A DNA stretch of 32,000 bases from Nitrososphaera viennensis EN76. GTDB taxonomy: Archaea > Thermoproteota > Nitrososphaeria > Nitrososphaerales > Nitrososphaeraceae. Made by a program: the position numbers and the translations under genes. The number at the start of each line of letters is the position of its first letter. Position 1 is the stretch's first letter. The notes under the pieces were generated by a model. It did not search any database, was not told where the DNA came from, and saw only the letters and a program-made list of their open reading frames with translations. The stretch lies in NCBI RefSeq assembly GCF_000698785.1, contig NZ_CP007536.1, positions 510,001-542,000 of the forward strand, read 5' to 3'. Below are positions 15,812 to 23,823 of this stretch, one piece after another.

Positions 15812-16576
15812 TTACGTTTCCCTCCATATCGCCTTTGTCTTTGCCAGCATCACAAACCCGACCAGGTACGCTATCTGCACGGCAAAGCCGATGGCAGGCG
15901 ACCAGTCGGCAGGGGTCGGCAGGCCCATGATCTCCTGGAACATTATCGACGCGTGCGTGGTCGGCACCACGTACGACAGGTAGCGCAGGCTGTCACCAGG
16001 CAGGTTCGTGACCGGATAGAATATCGGAGGCAGGACGGCAAGCACCACGTTTACAAACGATATCACCTGCGTCGCGTTGCGCATGTGGAGCATGTGCGAC
16101 GACAAAAAGAACCCCATCGCGGACATCGAGCTCCACAGGAGCACTATTGTGGCTATCAAGAGCGGTATCGCGGCAAGGGGCGCGCCGAAATACACGACGA
16201 GCGCGGCAAGCACCGTCAGCGCCGGCAGGCCGAACAACAGTTCAGAAAGCGCAAGGCCCATCATGTACGTCAGGGGAGAGACCGGCGAGGCGACAAAGAC
16301 GTCCTGTATCTTGTACTCGGTCTTGTAGAACGAGATGTCCTGCCCGAGCGCAAGACCATAGCCGACAAGGGCCATGACGAGGCTCCCGGCCACCGCATAG
16401 TGCGTGTACTGGCCGTTGCTGACCACAAACAGCACGAACAGGAGCGAGAACGGGCTTATTGCGGTAAACACAAGCGACATCGGGTTTCTCTGCAGCCACA
16501 GAATGCCTGTCGAGTACGCTATCAGGCACGCCTGCTTGACAGGGAGCATGCCGCTACTCATCCTCATCACCGTCAT
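15812..16576 (-). CDS. ABC-2 type transporter permease
   Basis: 254 aa with six hydrophobic segments. It overlaps the upstream ATPase gene by 4 nt (16573-16576). Confidence 0.85.
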   Translation of the reverse strand: MTVMRMSSGMLPVKQACLIAYSTGILWLQRNPMSLVFTAISPFSLLFVLFVVSNGQYTHYAVAGSLVMALVGYGLALGQDISFYKTEYKIQDVFVASPVSPLTYMMGLALSELLFGLPALTVLAALVVYFGAPLAAIPLLIATIVLLWSSMSAMGFFLSSHMLHMRNATQVISFVNVVLAVLPPIFYPVTNLPGDSLRYLSYVVPTTHASIMFQEIMGLPTPADWSPAIGFAVQIAYLVGFVMLAKTKAIWRET

Positions 16577-17484
16577 TCCTCTGCCTCCTTGCCGACAAGA
16601 AAGACAAAGACGTCGTCAAGCGTGACTGGCGAGACCGTGAACGGCAGGTTCCGGCGTATCGCAAGCTCGGACAGCTCCCTTACGGAAGATTCGTACGCAA
16701 ACACGCGCAGCATGCCGGCGCCCGTGTCCACCACCGAGCCGTACGACTTCAGCGCGTCGCCGTCAAGGCCGTCCTTGGCGATGTCCACCCTCGTGTTGTG
16801 CGGTATGACCCTGCGCAGTTCCTGTATCGTGCCTTGCGCGATTATCGACCCGTTGTCCACGATCACGATATAGTCGGAAAGCATCTCTGCCTCGTCCATG
16901 TAGTGCGTCGTCAAGAGTATCGACCTGCCCTTTGCCTTCCAGTCCTTTATCGCCGACCAGACCTGCCTCCTCGACACGGGGTCAAGGCCTATCGTGGGCT
17001 CGTCGAGGAACAATAGTTGTGTATCAACGGCCATCGCCATTGCGACCAGTATCTTTTGCTTCATGCCGCCGGACAGGTTCATCGCCGGCCTGTCGCGGGC
17101 CTCCCAAAGCTCCAGCTTGCGCAAAAACTCCTCCGTCTTGTCCCTTGCCGACGCCTTGCTCTCGCCCCTTATCTGGAGCCAGTTGTAGACGTGGTCCCAC
17201 GGCGTCAATGCGCGCAGCGGCCTGCCCTCCTGCGGCACGATGGATACCAGGTTTCGCACCTCCTTTGCCTGCCTCACCACGTCGTAGCCGAGCACCTTTA
17301 TCGAGCCGGAGGTCGGCATGAGCTGCGTCGCGCACATCCTCACAAACGTGGTCTTGCCTGCGCCGTTTCTGCCAAGGAGCGTAAAGACCCTGCCAGACTC
17401 TACCTTCAGCGACACTTCAGAGAGCGCCGGGCGGCTGGAACCCTTGTACACCTTTGTTACGCGCTCGGCCTCTATTGCAAGCAC
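16573..17484 (-). CDS. ABC transporter ATP-binding protein (DrrA/ABC-2 exporter type)
   Basis: Walker A GRNGAGKTT, signature LSGGMKQK, Walker B LLFLDEPT, H-loop TTHYM. Confidence 0.95.
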   Translation of the reverse strand: MLAIEAERVTKVYKGSSRPALSEVSLKVESGRVFTLLGRNGAGKTTFVRMCATQLMPTSGSIKVLGYDVVRQAKEVRNLVSIVPQEGRPLRALTPWDHVYNWLQIRGESKASARDKTEEFLRKLELWEARDRPAMNLSGGMKQKILVAMAMAVDTQLLFLDEPTIGLDPVSRRQVWSAIKDWKAKGRSILLTTHYMDEAEMLSDYIVIVDNGSIIAQGTIQELRRVIPHNTRVDIAKDGLDGDALKSYGSVVDTGAGMLRVFAYESSVRELSELAIRRNLPFTVSPVTLDDVFVFLVGKEAEE

Positions 17485-17909
17485 AGCAATGGATGATACA
17501 CGCTGCTCTAATGTAGAGCTTTTGAAATGAAACCAACCATAAATCCTTCAAAAATAGCGAATGCCGTTTGCAAAAAAAGCGGTTACGGCATTTTTTTGCC
17601 GCGGTTAGCAGGCATTTTGCAGGAAGAAATTGCGGCGAGCGCGTTTTACAACTTTTTTGACACAATCTTGTACATAACAAGTAGAGTTTTTGCCCCTAGA
17701 GCCGGGCAATAGACGGGTTATCGACGAGCCTTTTAAGCAAAGGCGCCAAATATACCCTGTCAGGACCAACTAACTGACGACAACAACAAAAACATCATCT
17801 GCCCTTCGTAGACCAGACCAATCCCCGGGATGCCCCTGTCAAGTTCTGGCAGGGCGCCTCCTGGCTTCGATATGCAAATAAGCCCCATTTTGCCAAGTAG
17901 TACCACATA

Positions 17910-18233
17910 ATGAAAAGAGAGTTCATAGTGGCCCGCATTGAAGCTTCCCAGGACGGCAGCCCGTACGTCTATGTCACGTTCAACGACCCAAAGGACTACA
18001 AGCCCGACAGGCCCATGAGCCCCTTTGGCCAGAACACCATGGCGTTTTCTTCCATAGAGGAGATGATGAAAAACATGCCAAAGGTGATGGCAAGCATGCC
18101 CGGCATGTTCGGCGGCGGCCTTACCGACACCCCGGTCATCAAGGCGAGCATGAAGGAGTACCAGGACATGGGGATAAAGGTCGGCGACAAGGTCACAATC
18201 GAGATCCAGAAGGTAGAATCGACGGGCGTCTGA
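17910..18233 (+). CDS. hypothetical protein
   Basis: 107-aa ORF with an ATG start and a Met-rich central segment. No recognisable family. Confidence 0.55.
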   Translation: MKREFIVARIEASQDGSPYVYVTFNDPKDYKPDRPMSPFGQNTMAFSSIEEMMKNMPKVMASMPGMFGGGLTDTPVIKASMKEYQDMGIKVGDKVTIEIQKVESTGV

Positions 18234-18240
18234 GCCCTTA

Positions 18241-18249
18241 ATTTAAATA
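18241..18249 (+). promoter_or_regulatory. TATA box (ATTTAAATA) for the site-2 protease gene
   Basis: Box centre is about 29 nt upstream of the TTG at 18274, which supports that start and a leaderless transcript. Confidence 0.45.
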
Positions 18250-18273
18250 CGCATTCAGCGGTATACCTGCTGT

Positions 18274-19518
18274 TTGGAACAGCAGCGAAAGGTGCGCGCA
18301 GAGGTAAAGCTGCCTCTTATACTCATACACACCCCGTTTGGCCTGGACTTCTTTGACAGGGTAGCCAGGGCTCCCGGCGCAAAGGCATGGGCCAGCATAA
18401 ACACGTACTTGATGCCCGTCATAACCGTCCTTGCGATTTTCCTCATAGTAGGCTCGCTTGCGGTGCTCTTTTCAAACGCCGACGCAAGAACCAGCATCCG
18501 CGGGGTAGGACCGACGGCAAACCTGCTCATACCCGGCCTCAACCCGTACCTGCCCATAGTGGAGGGGTGGGTGGCGCTTGTGGTGACCATCATAATCCAC
18601 GAGGCAGGCCACGGCATCATCGCCAGGGTCTACAACATCCGCGTGGACTCGACCGGGCTCGTGCTGTTCCTCGGGATACCGATAGGCGCATTTGTCAATA
18701 TTGAAAGAGATGAGCTTGCCAAGGCGACCCTCAAGCAAAAGAGCGCGGTGCTGACGGCAGGCCCCCTCAACAACATGATACTTGCAGGCGTCTCGCTCCT
18801 TGCGCTTTTCCTGGTGATGTCGACGCTCACCCCGCTGCCGCCGGCTCCCGGCGAGCCCCAGTTCGGAGTGGCTGTCATCAGCGTCAACCCCGGCTCGCTT
18901 GCCCAGTCCATCGGGCTTCCGCAGGGCGCCGTCATACAGGAGGTGGCAGGCCAGGAGGTCAAGAAGAATGAAGATCTAGGTCCCCTCCTTCGCGCCAACC
19001 TTGGCCAGACCATCGACATTACATGGGTCGAGGGGTCCGGCGGCGACGGCAACACCGCTTCTTTTGCGACAGTGACAAAGTCAGTGACACTTCCCGACGC
19101 CGTAGAGCCCGGCAAGGGCACGCTTGGCATTACAGTGGCGACTATAGATACCACTGGCGCAGTCCTTGAAAGGTACAAGGGCGCATTCAGCTCCAACCCA
19201 CTTGCCATACTCCTCCCGCCAACTATTCAGGAAGGAATCGTGCCATACTCTCAGCTGATGACTCCAAAGTACGAGTCGTCCATCGGCTCTGTGTGGTCGC
19301 CTCTGGCAAACATGCTGTTCTGGCTGTGGTTTGTCAACTTTAACGTCGGCATATTCAACGCGCTGCCGATAGGCCCGCTCGACGGAGGCCAGCTGTACAA
19401 CTCGCTCATTGAAAAGAAGATCAAGTCGCAGATAATGGCCAAGAACGCCACCACGATGCTCACGATACTGATGGCGGTAATCGTGGCGGCGGCGATACTG
19501 CTCCCGTACGTGATATAG
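18274..19518 (+). CDS. site-2 protease family (M50) membrane metalloprotease with PDZ domain
   Basis: HEAGHGIIAR (HExxH) in a TM helix, a PDZ-like insert (ISVNPGSLAQSIGLPQGAVIQEVAGQEV) and a C-terminal NALPIGPLDGGQL motif. Confidence 0.9.
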   Translation: MEQQRKVRAEVKLPLILIHTPFGLDFFDRVARAPGAKAWASINTYLMPVITVLAIFLIVGSLAVLFSNADARTSIRGVGPTANLLIPGLNPYLPIVEGWVALVVTIIIHEAGHGIIARVYNIRVDSTGLVLFLGIPIGAFVNIERDELAKATLKQKSAVLTAGPLNNMILAGVSLLALFLVMSTLTPLPPAPGEPQFGVAVISVNPGSLAQSIGLPQGAVIQEVAGQEVKKNEDLGPLLRANLGQTIDITWVEGSGGDGNTASFATVTKSVTLPDAVEPGKGTLGITVATIDTTGAVLERYKGAFSSNPLAILLPPTIQEGIVPYSQLMTPKYESSIGSVWSPLANMLFWLWFVNFNVGIFNALPIGPLDGGQLYNSLIEKKIKSQIMAKNATTMLTILMAVIVAAAILLPYVI

Positions 19519-19527
19519 AGACGTACG

Positions 19528-19816
19528 GAGAAGCAGCTGCAGGGATTAACCCGGATATTGAGAGAACAATGTGGAATCCCTAACGAGGCAGGCAGCGATT
19601 CATGCAAAGGATGAGCTGGTTAGCCCGGTTGTAAAAGGTCTAGGCATAAGAATCCACAAGGTAACAATCCTGAATGAAAAGGATTGTATCAAGGTCAAGC
19701 AGAAAAGCTGGCTTGACAAAAAGGATTGGGTAGAAATTCACGACATTCTAAGAGTACAAGGGTTTAGTTTGCTTGCAAATGGAAAGGATAGCTGTTGGAT
19801 AAGACATATTCAATAG
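19528..19816 (+). pseudogene. truncated, frameshifted 3' fragment of a transposase gene related to 22351-23823
   Basis: 19574-19816 aligns codon-for-codon with 23581-23823 (81-aa ORF versus the last 80 aa of the 490-aa transposase). Weaker homology continues upstream to about 19528 (AAGIN...) in a different frame and is closed by a stop. Everything 5' of that is absent. Confidence 0.7.
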
Positions 19817-19863
19817 CAGAGGAGACTACAAAAATCCAAAATTAACTGCTGATACGCTCCTCT

Positions 19864-20451
19864 TCATCGAACATATTTAGGAGAAACCTTGATCATCAGT
19901 TCACCGCAACAGGGGCATTTGAAAGCCATCCTGTCTCCCCAATAGCTAAAGACAGTCATGCAATTCGGACACTTGCACATCTTATCACGATATACAAGTT
20001 GTGGATCTCTTATTATTTGTGGCAAAAAGTCTTTCTTTGCAGTAGGAGCCCGAACGTCGCTAATGTAATCAGCGATCTCAAAGTCTCGTCGAGACGAAAG
20101 TGGGTGTGGAAAATAGTGATTTAGATAGGGGACGGCAAAATCAACTCCTTCCTCGTTAAAGACATAGACAGGTTTTTGTGGAATTGAGGCAGCGGCAACG
20201 CCAATCTCGAACGCAACCCAATTCCTGGTATGCATTATTGAAGCCACATTTTTTGTCAGGATTACAAAAAGCGCCTTTGATTTGGTTATCTCTTTCCTTA
20301 TCCATTTCCAGTTGGGTTCTTTATTCCTGTGCCATCCCTCATATTCCATAGCCACTGCCTTAACACCAGTATCTTTGAAAGCGTTGTGAAAGAACTTCAT
20401 GATCTCTGTATCTGAAGCACTATGAGAGATGAAAATGGTTTTTGCTGACAT
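19864..20451 (-). CDS. TIR-like domain protein (DUF1863/ThsB-like) with C-terminal zinc ribbon
   Basis: 195 aa. The N-terminal TIFISHSASD strand, KSKALFVILTKNV, then NWVAFEIGVAAA...KPVYVF reproduce the prokaryotic TIR-like layout including the conserved Glu. The C-terminus has CKCPNC...CPCC. Call made by eye. Confidence 0.65.
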   Translation of the reverse strand: MSAKTIFISHSASDTEIMKFFHNAFKDTGVKAVAMEYEGWHRNKEPNWKWIRKEITKSKALFVILTKNVASIMHTRNWVAFEIGVAAASIPQKPVYVFNEEGVDFAVPYLNHYFPHPLSSRRDFEIADYISDVRAPTAKKDFLPQIIRDPQLVYRDKMCKCPNCMTVFSYWGDRMAFKCPCCGELMIKVSPKYVR

Positions 20452-20470
20452 TTACTCTATGTCTAGAAAG

Positions 20471-20554
20471 AGTCCTGTCGAGATCAAGGGCGATTCCATC
20501 GTTTTTGCTGGCTGTCGAGAGTCGGGCGATTTTGTCGAAGGCAGGGCGATAAGT
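20471..20554. repeat. left copy of an about 84-bp imperfect inverted repeat (partner at 24705-24788)
   Basis: Hand alignment with the reverse complement of 24705-24788 gives 78 of 84 positions identical. The outer boundary at 20471 is abrupt. It contains three copies of TGTCGARR-N3-4-GGGCGATW starting at 20476, 20513 and 20533. Confidence 0.85.
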
Positions 20555-21027
20555 CAGATGTCAGAAGTTGAGGATAATGCTTTCTTGCGGCCAAGTATCA
20601 GGAAAAACCCGACCCAGCCGACCAACGTCAGAGCAAGGAACAAAATCCCGCCTGTTTCTGACGCATAAAAGTCATAATAGAAAGCCTCCAGGAAGCTCTT
20701 AGGAAATTCGGCTACTGCTTGGCCTAGACAGGCTATCAGAAACCCCTTGTAGAAGGGTTTGGTTTTGAAACGCGTGTAGACTACTAGCGGCGATAACGCA
20801 CCAATCGTGCCAAAGAAACCGCCGAAGAAGCGCATGAGTCGGACATCGCTCTTAGAATTGAGGCAAATGGCGTCAATTCCTGTATTAGTGGGCGGTCCGA
20901 CTTTTGCTGTACCGCCGTATGTCTCACAAATTACCTTGTGCCCTATCTCATGGAAATATCCAATTGGCAAGACCGTTATGGCAAATCCCAAGACTGCAAA
21001 CATTGCGACTCGAATATCAAAACGCAA
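20554..21027 (-). CDS. membrane-embedded HExxH protein (DUF3267-like putative zincin)
   Basis: 157 aa with 3-4 hydrophobic helices. HEIGH follows directly after the first helix (FAITVLPIGYFHEIGHKV). TTG start. The stop codon overlaps the inner edge of the left inverted repeat. Confidence 0.6.
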   Translation of the reverse strand: MRFDIRVAMFAVLGFAITVLPIGYFHEIGHKVICETYGGTAKVGPPTNTGIDAICLNSKSDVRLMRFFGGFFGTIGALSPLVVYTRFKTKPFYKGFLIACLGQAVAEFPKSFLEAFYYDFYASETGGILFLALTLVGWVGFFLILGRKKALSSTSDI

Positions 21028-21070
21028 GTTATCTAGAAGACTTTTAGCTATCCTTTAACCATATTGAAGA

Positions 21071-21184
21071 ATGCAGCCGGGCGGCTATTATTATGAGTTC
21101 ATGCTGATAGCAACCTTTCTTGGTATAGGATTTGGCCTAGGGTATTCGTTCATTCATTTGCTGAGAAAGTATCGAAAAAGCTAA
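21071..21184 (+). CDS. candidate 37-aa single-helix membrane peptide (below ORF-track cutoff)
   Basis: Hand translation gives MQPGGYYYEFMLIATFLGIGFGLGYSFIHLLRKYRKS. An AT-rich box lies about 26 nt upstream. Weak support. Confidence 0.2.
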   Translation: MQPGGYYYEFMLIATFLGIGFGLGYSFIHLLRKYRKS

Positions 21185-21340
21185 AAAGTAGCTTGTACTA
21201 ATTTTATCTTGGACACCCAAAGGAAAAAAGGACTCGCCGATGACCCTACCAATGGGATATGGCGGTAGGTAGTGCCATCGGCCTTGTCTTTTGGGTGTCT
21301 GCTCTTTTGGAACAGACAGATTGTACGGCACTATCGGTGT

Positions 21341-21517
21341 TTAGACTAGTCGACGGCCAAGGAGGCCGACTCCTACGCCTATGGCGATAAACAATGCTCC
21401 AAGCCAGTAGACATTGCCAAAATTCCCTATGAATGTGGCTTTGTCTGCCAGTGTCGCTCCGAGCATCGTCATTGCTCCCGTTCCCGACAGTGTTGCTATA
21501 GCTTTTTTTATAGCCAT
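21341..21517 (-). CDS. candidate 58-aa small membrane protein (below ORF-track cutoff)
   Basis: Hand translation gives MAIKKAIATLSGTGAMTMLGATLADKATFIGNFGNVYWLGALFIAIGVGVGLLGRRLV. A TTTAAATA box at 21542-21549 (minus strand) sits 25-32 nt upstream of the ATG. This reading is preferred over the Arg/Ser-rich 96-aa ORF in another frame. Confidence 0.4.
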   Translation of the reverse strand: MAIKKAIATLSGTGAMTMLGATLADKATFIGNFGNVYWLGALFIAIGVGVGLLGRRLV

Positions 21518-21576
21518 GCGCGCGTCCTACCGTCAAGGCAGTATTTAAAGTTTAAATATCTTTACTTTGTCTTCAC

Positions 21577-22248
21577 TTAGTTCCGCTCGAACAGGTCATC
21601 CCAATGGTCAACAACATCCTTGATTATCTTATCCCTATTATCGATCAGCGTTTGTTTTATTTTTGGGTCTTTCTCTTCCCTGATGCGCATATCCAACGCT
21701 TTTGGAAAATCGACTTCTATGACGATTCTGATTTTGCCATCTGACATCACAGCCTTTTTCTTTATCATTTTTGCTACGAGCTCGGCAATTTCTTCCAACA
21801 GCTTAGGGTCTATGTCCATCTTGGTAGGCAGCCACAAAGTAACAGAAGACCGTAAAGCTTGGCCGACCGCGTTTGCAAACGCTCCAAGATCCTTTTTCAC
21901 GTAACCTCTAACAACTAATGCTGGTACTTGTGCAGCTAGCTTCTCTTCTAACGTGTATTTCTTTCCAAGCGACATCAATAGTACATTGATTGCTTCGAGA
22001 TGACGCTTGCGCGCATCATCGACAGGGCGAATATTTGGAACAAGCTCAACGAACTGTTTTCCTGCTTCTGTTGTCTCGTAAAATCCTTGATCCGTCTTGG
22101 CTATCAGTTCTTTACCTTGCAAATCGTTGAGGTGCACCATCAACGTTGGCTCTGTTTTACCAGTTATTTTCACAAGTTCGCTCCAGGACTTTGGGATTAC
22201 GCATGACTCTAGGATAGTCGCCTTAGTTTCCCCGATTTTTTGCGACAT
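21577..22248 (-). CDS. winged-helix transcriptional regulator with uncharacterised C-terminal domain
   Basis: N-terminal TILESCVIPKSWSELVKITGKTEPTLMVHLNDLQGKELIAKTDQGFYETTEAG is a wHTH. The start is placed at the second ATG (22248) because a TATAAGTA box (22272-22279, minus strand) lies about 24-31 nt upstream. The maximal ORF begins at 22269. Confidence 0.65.
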   Translation of the reverse strand: MSQKIGETKATILESCVIPKSWSELVKITGKTEPTLMVHLNDLQGKELIAKTDQGFYETTEAGKQFVELVPNIRPVDDARKRHLEAINVLLMSLGKKYTLEEKLAAQVPALVVRGYVKKDLGAFANAVGQALRSSVTLWLPTKMDIDPKLLEEIAELVAKMIKKKAVMSDGKIRIVIEVDFPKALDMRIREEKDPKIKQTLIDNRDKIIKDVVDHWDDLFERN

Positions 22249-22282
22249 CTGCCAAATACACTTCCTCATCCTACTTATACCG

Positions 22283-22347
22283 TACTAAGTATAAGAACTT
22301 TGCTTTGTCTTAGCAAAGTTTATTAAGATACTTAGTATATACTAAGT
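22283..22347. promoter_or_regulatory. operator-like palindromes in the divergent regulator/transposase promoter region
   Basis: A perfect 18-bp palindrome ACTTAGTATATACTAAGT (22330-22347) sits between a TTTATTAAG box (22319-22327) and the transposase ATG. An extra TACTAAGT half-site is at 22283-22290. A perfect 9-bp inverted repeat AACTTTGCT-N7-AGCAAAGTT is at 22296-22320. Confidence 0.5.
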
Positions 22348-22350
22348 TGC

Positions 22351-23823
22351 ATGGAACCCACTGCCCACCAACCCGATGCACGCGAAATGAAAGGTCTTGC
22401 TATGGCAAAGGATGTCAGCCAGAAAAAGTCCGATGTTGCCATACAGCTTCTAAATGAAATGACCTACAAGGTGAGGTCGCAGTCAGACATCAGCAAATGG
22501 TACATGGTCGTTCGGACAGAGGGCGCATGGACGTGCGACTGTCCAGATTCTACCTATCGCCATGTAACCTGCAAGCACATTCATGCGGTACTGTTCTCGA
22601 AGGCATTTAGAAAGAAGGTGTATGAGGATACGCTATTCCAGACACCGGTAAACCAGCACATCATCAACGAATCAAACGAGCTTGGCAAGATTGTTTGCCA
22701 ACGCTGCGCAAGCGGCAACTACGTAAAATGCTCGGTTCGCCACACGAAAAAAGCGGGCGACATTCAACGTTATCAGTGCAAAGATTGTGGATACAGATTC
22801 ATTGTCAACCCAGCATTTGAACATGCAAAAGTAACTGCTAGGATAATATCGGCGGCAATCGACCTCTATTTCAAGGGTGTTTCGCTCAGGAAAATAGAGG
22901 ATCATGTTTTGCAGTCTTTCAACGTCAAGGTGGACCATTCGAGCGTAGCAAATTGGATTCGCCGCTTTAACAAGGTAGTCCAGCCTTACGTGGATTCATT
23001 CGTGCCCGTGCAGGTTGGCGGCGTTTACCATGTTGATGAAATGCTAGTACATGTAAGAAAGGAGCATAACGACGCTACTATGAACCTGAATAACAAAGAA
23101 AACCATACCTTTAGGAAATTCGACAACCACTATAGCTGGCTATGGAACTTGATGGATTCAAGTACTAGATTTTGGATATGCTCCAAGATTACCCAAAAGC
23201 GTACGGGCGATGTGGCTCGCTCTGTCTTTAAGGAAATGAAGCAACGCGCCCCGCTGCCACGGGCGATAGTGCATGATGGCCTGCGCTCGTACGATGAAGC
23301 ATACACCCGCGAGTTGTACACGAGGGAAAAGCCACAAATCCAGAATGTGAGAAGCGTCGGCTCTAACGAAAAGGGCTTGAACCCTAAAGTCGAGCGCCTT
23401 AACGGAACGGTAAGAGACCGCGAAAGCGTAATGCGCGGCATGGACACGGCGGAAAGCGCGCAGGAGCTCATGGACGCAATGCAGATTCATTACAATTTCA
23501 TTCGAGGCAATCAGGCCATAGGGGGTCAGACACCGGCTGAAGCAGCAGGCATTAACCTCAACCTGAAAGAAAACAAGACGGAATCTTTGATGAGGCAGGC
23601 GGCGATTCATGCAAAGGATGAGCTAGTTAGCCCGGTCGTCAAAGGACTTGGCATACGCATTCACAAGGTAACAATCCTGAATGAAAAGGACTGCTTAAAG
23701 GTCAAGCAGAAGGGATGGCTTGACAAAAAGGACTGGGTAGAGATTCATGATATACTACGTGTACAAGGTTTCAACTGGTTAGCGAACGGCAAAGATAGCT
23801 GTTGGCTCAAATTGATTGTTTGA
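22351..23823 (+). CDS. DDE transposase (IS6/IS240-like, tentative) with N-terminal SWIM zinc finger and zinc ribbon plus an about 80-aa C-terminal extension
   Basis: SWIM motif WTCDCPDSTYRHVTCKHIH and ribbon CQRC...CKDCGYRF. DDE-type blocks are YHVDEMLV, WLWNLMDSSTRFW...KR, AIVHDGLRSYDEAY and KVERLNGTVRDRESVMRGM. The C-terminal module is duplicated at 19574-19816. Confidence 0.8.
   Translation: MEPTAHQPDAREMKGLAMAKDVSQKKSDVAIQLLNEMTYKVRSQSDISKWYMVVRTEGAWTCDCPDSTYRHVTCKHIHAVLFSKAFRKKVYEDTLFQTPVNQHIINESNELGKIVCQRCASGNYVKCSVRHTKKAGDIQRYQCKDCGYRFIVNPAFEHAKVTARIISAAIDLYFKGVSLRKIEDHVLQSFNVKVDHSSVANWIRRFNKVVQPYVDSFVPVQVGGVYHVDEMLVHVRKEHNDATMNLNNKENHTFRKFDNHYSWLWNLMDSSTRFWICSKITQKRTGDVARSVFKEMKQRAPLPRAIVHDGLRSYDEAYTRELYTREKPQIQNVRSVGSNEKGLNPKVERLNGTVRDRESVMRGMDTAESAQELMDAMQIHYNFIRGNQAIGGQTPAEAAGINLNLKENKTESLMRQAAIHAKDELVSPVVKGLGIRIHKVTILNEKDCLKVKQKGWLDKKDWVEIHDILRVQGFNWLANGKDSCWLKLIV

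Noticed and set aside
15785-16873. 362-aa plus-strand ORF spanning the tRNA 3' end and the ABC permease/ATPase genes
   Set aside because: Its extreme Arg/His/Gln-rich composition is typical of an antisense frame. It overlaps a confidently folded tRNA and two genes with clear ABC motifs.
17485-17909. C/D-box sRNA in the long spacer
   Set aside because: Only imperfect C-box-like strings (GATGATA, ATGATGT on the minus strand) are present. None has a properly spaced CUGA D box or terminal stem.
19571-19816. Treating the 81-aa ORF as a functional stand-alone gene
   Set aside because: It lacks a TATA-like box at the usual distance. It continues upstream as frameshifted transposase homology. The synonymous-biased divergence can be explained by selection before truncation. 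It is kept as a pseudogene, with the alternative noted in the findings.
21246-21536. 96-aa minus-strand ORF in the zincin/regulator gap
   Set aside because: It has an Arg/Ser/His-rich implausible sequence. A different frame gives a 58-aa membrane peptide with a correctly spaced TATA box.
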